From Felis catus (taxonomy: Eukaryota): a DNA stretch of 64,000 nucleotides. Location: the NCBI RefSeq assembly GCF_018350175.1, contig NC_058368.1, forward strand, positions 15,378,001-15,442,000, written 5' to 3'. Positions 63,840 through 64,000 of this stretch are shown here, piece by piece. Below the pieces are notes generated by a model, which ran no database searches, was not told the DNA's origin, and saw only the letters and a program-made list of their open reading frames with translations. A program made the position numbers and the translations under genes. Every line of letters starts with the position of its first letter. Position 1 is the stretch's first letter.

Positions 63840-64000
63840 TATTCCACAAAATACTTAATGCTAATTTTCTTTGGCCACTATGGCTTATTGGTGATTTATA
63901 TTTCTACAAATATTCAAAATAAATAGAATGTTATCTGGGATGTAAACCCAAACTTTTGTTTGAGCAGATGTAGAAAGTGGGGGAAGTTTCAGGAGCTCAC

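Overview
AT-rich mammalian genomic DNA. The tRNA-derived carnivore SINEs (SINEC_Fc-like) and felid-type L1 3' ends point to a cat or another felid. Much of the window is interspersed repeats: about 35 Can-SINEs, young and old L1, L2, L3/CR1, MIR, MaLR/ERVL LTRs and DNA-transposon relics. I found no intact protein-coding gene, RNA gene or CRISPR array; the supplied ORFs are repeat-derived or chance. The main non-repeat signal is a chain of about 20 minus-strand segments (63620 down to 10623) bounded by canonical AG/GT splice sites. Many are 3n in length, most carry stops or frameshifts, one is split by a SINE insertion, and their translations repeatedly show RGS-domain-like motifs. Several of these resemble RGS22/RGSL1 as I recall them, in roughly the same order, without being either gene. 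I interpret this as a decayed (unitary pseudogene) multi-RGS-domain gene; this is by-eye inference and needs a homology search. Other notable items are an L1 3'-transduction with a 17-bp TSD (4484-5125), an inverted pair of L1 3' ends sharing a 182-bp identical tract (likely gene conversion), nested SINEs, a perfect DR4 element and a CTCF-like motif. Repeat boundaries and subfamily names are approximate.
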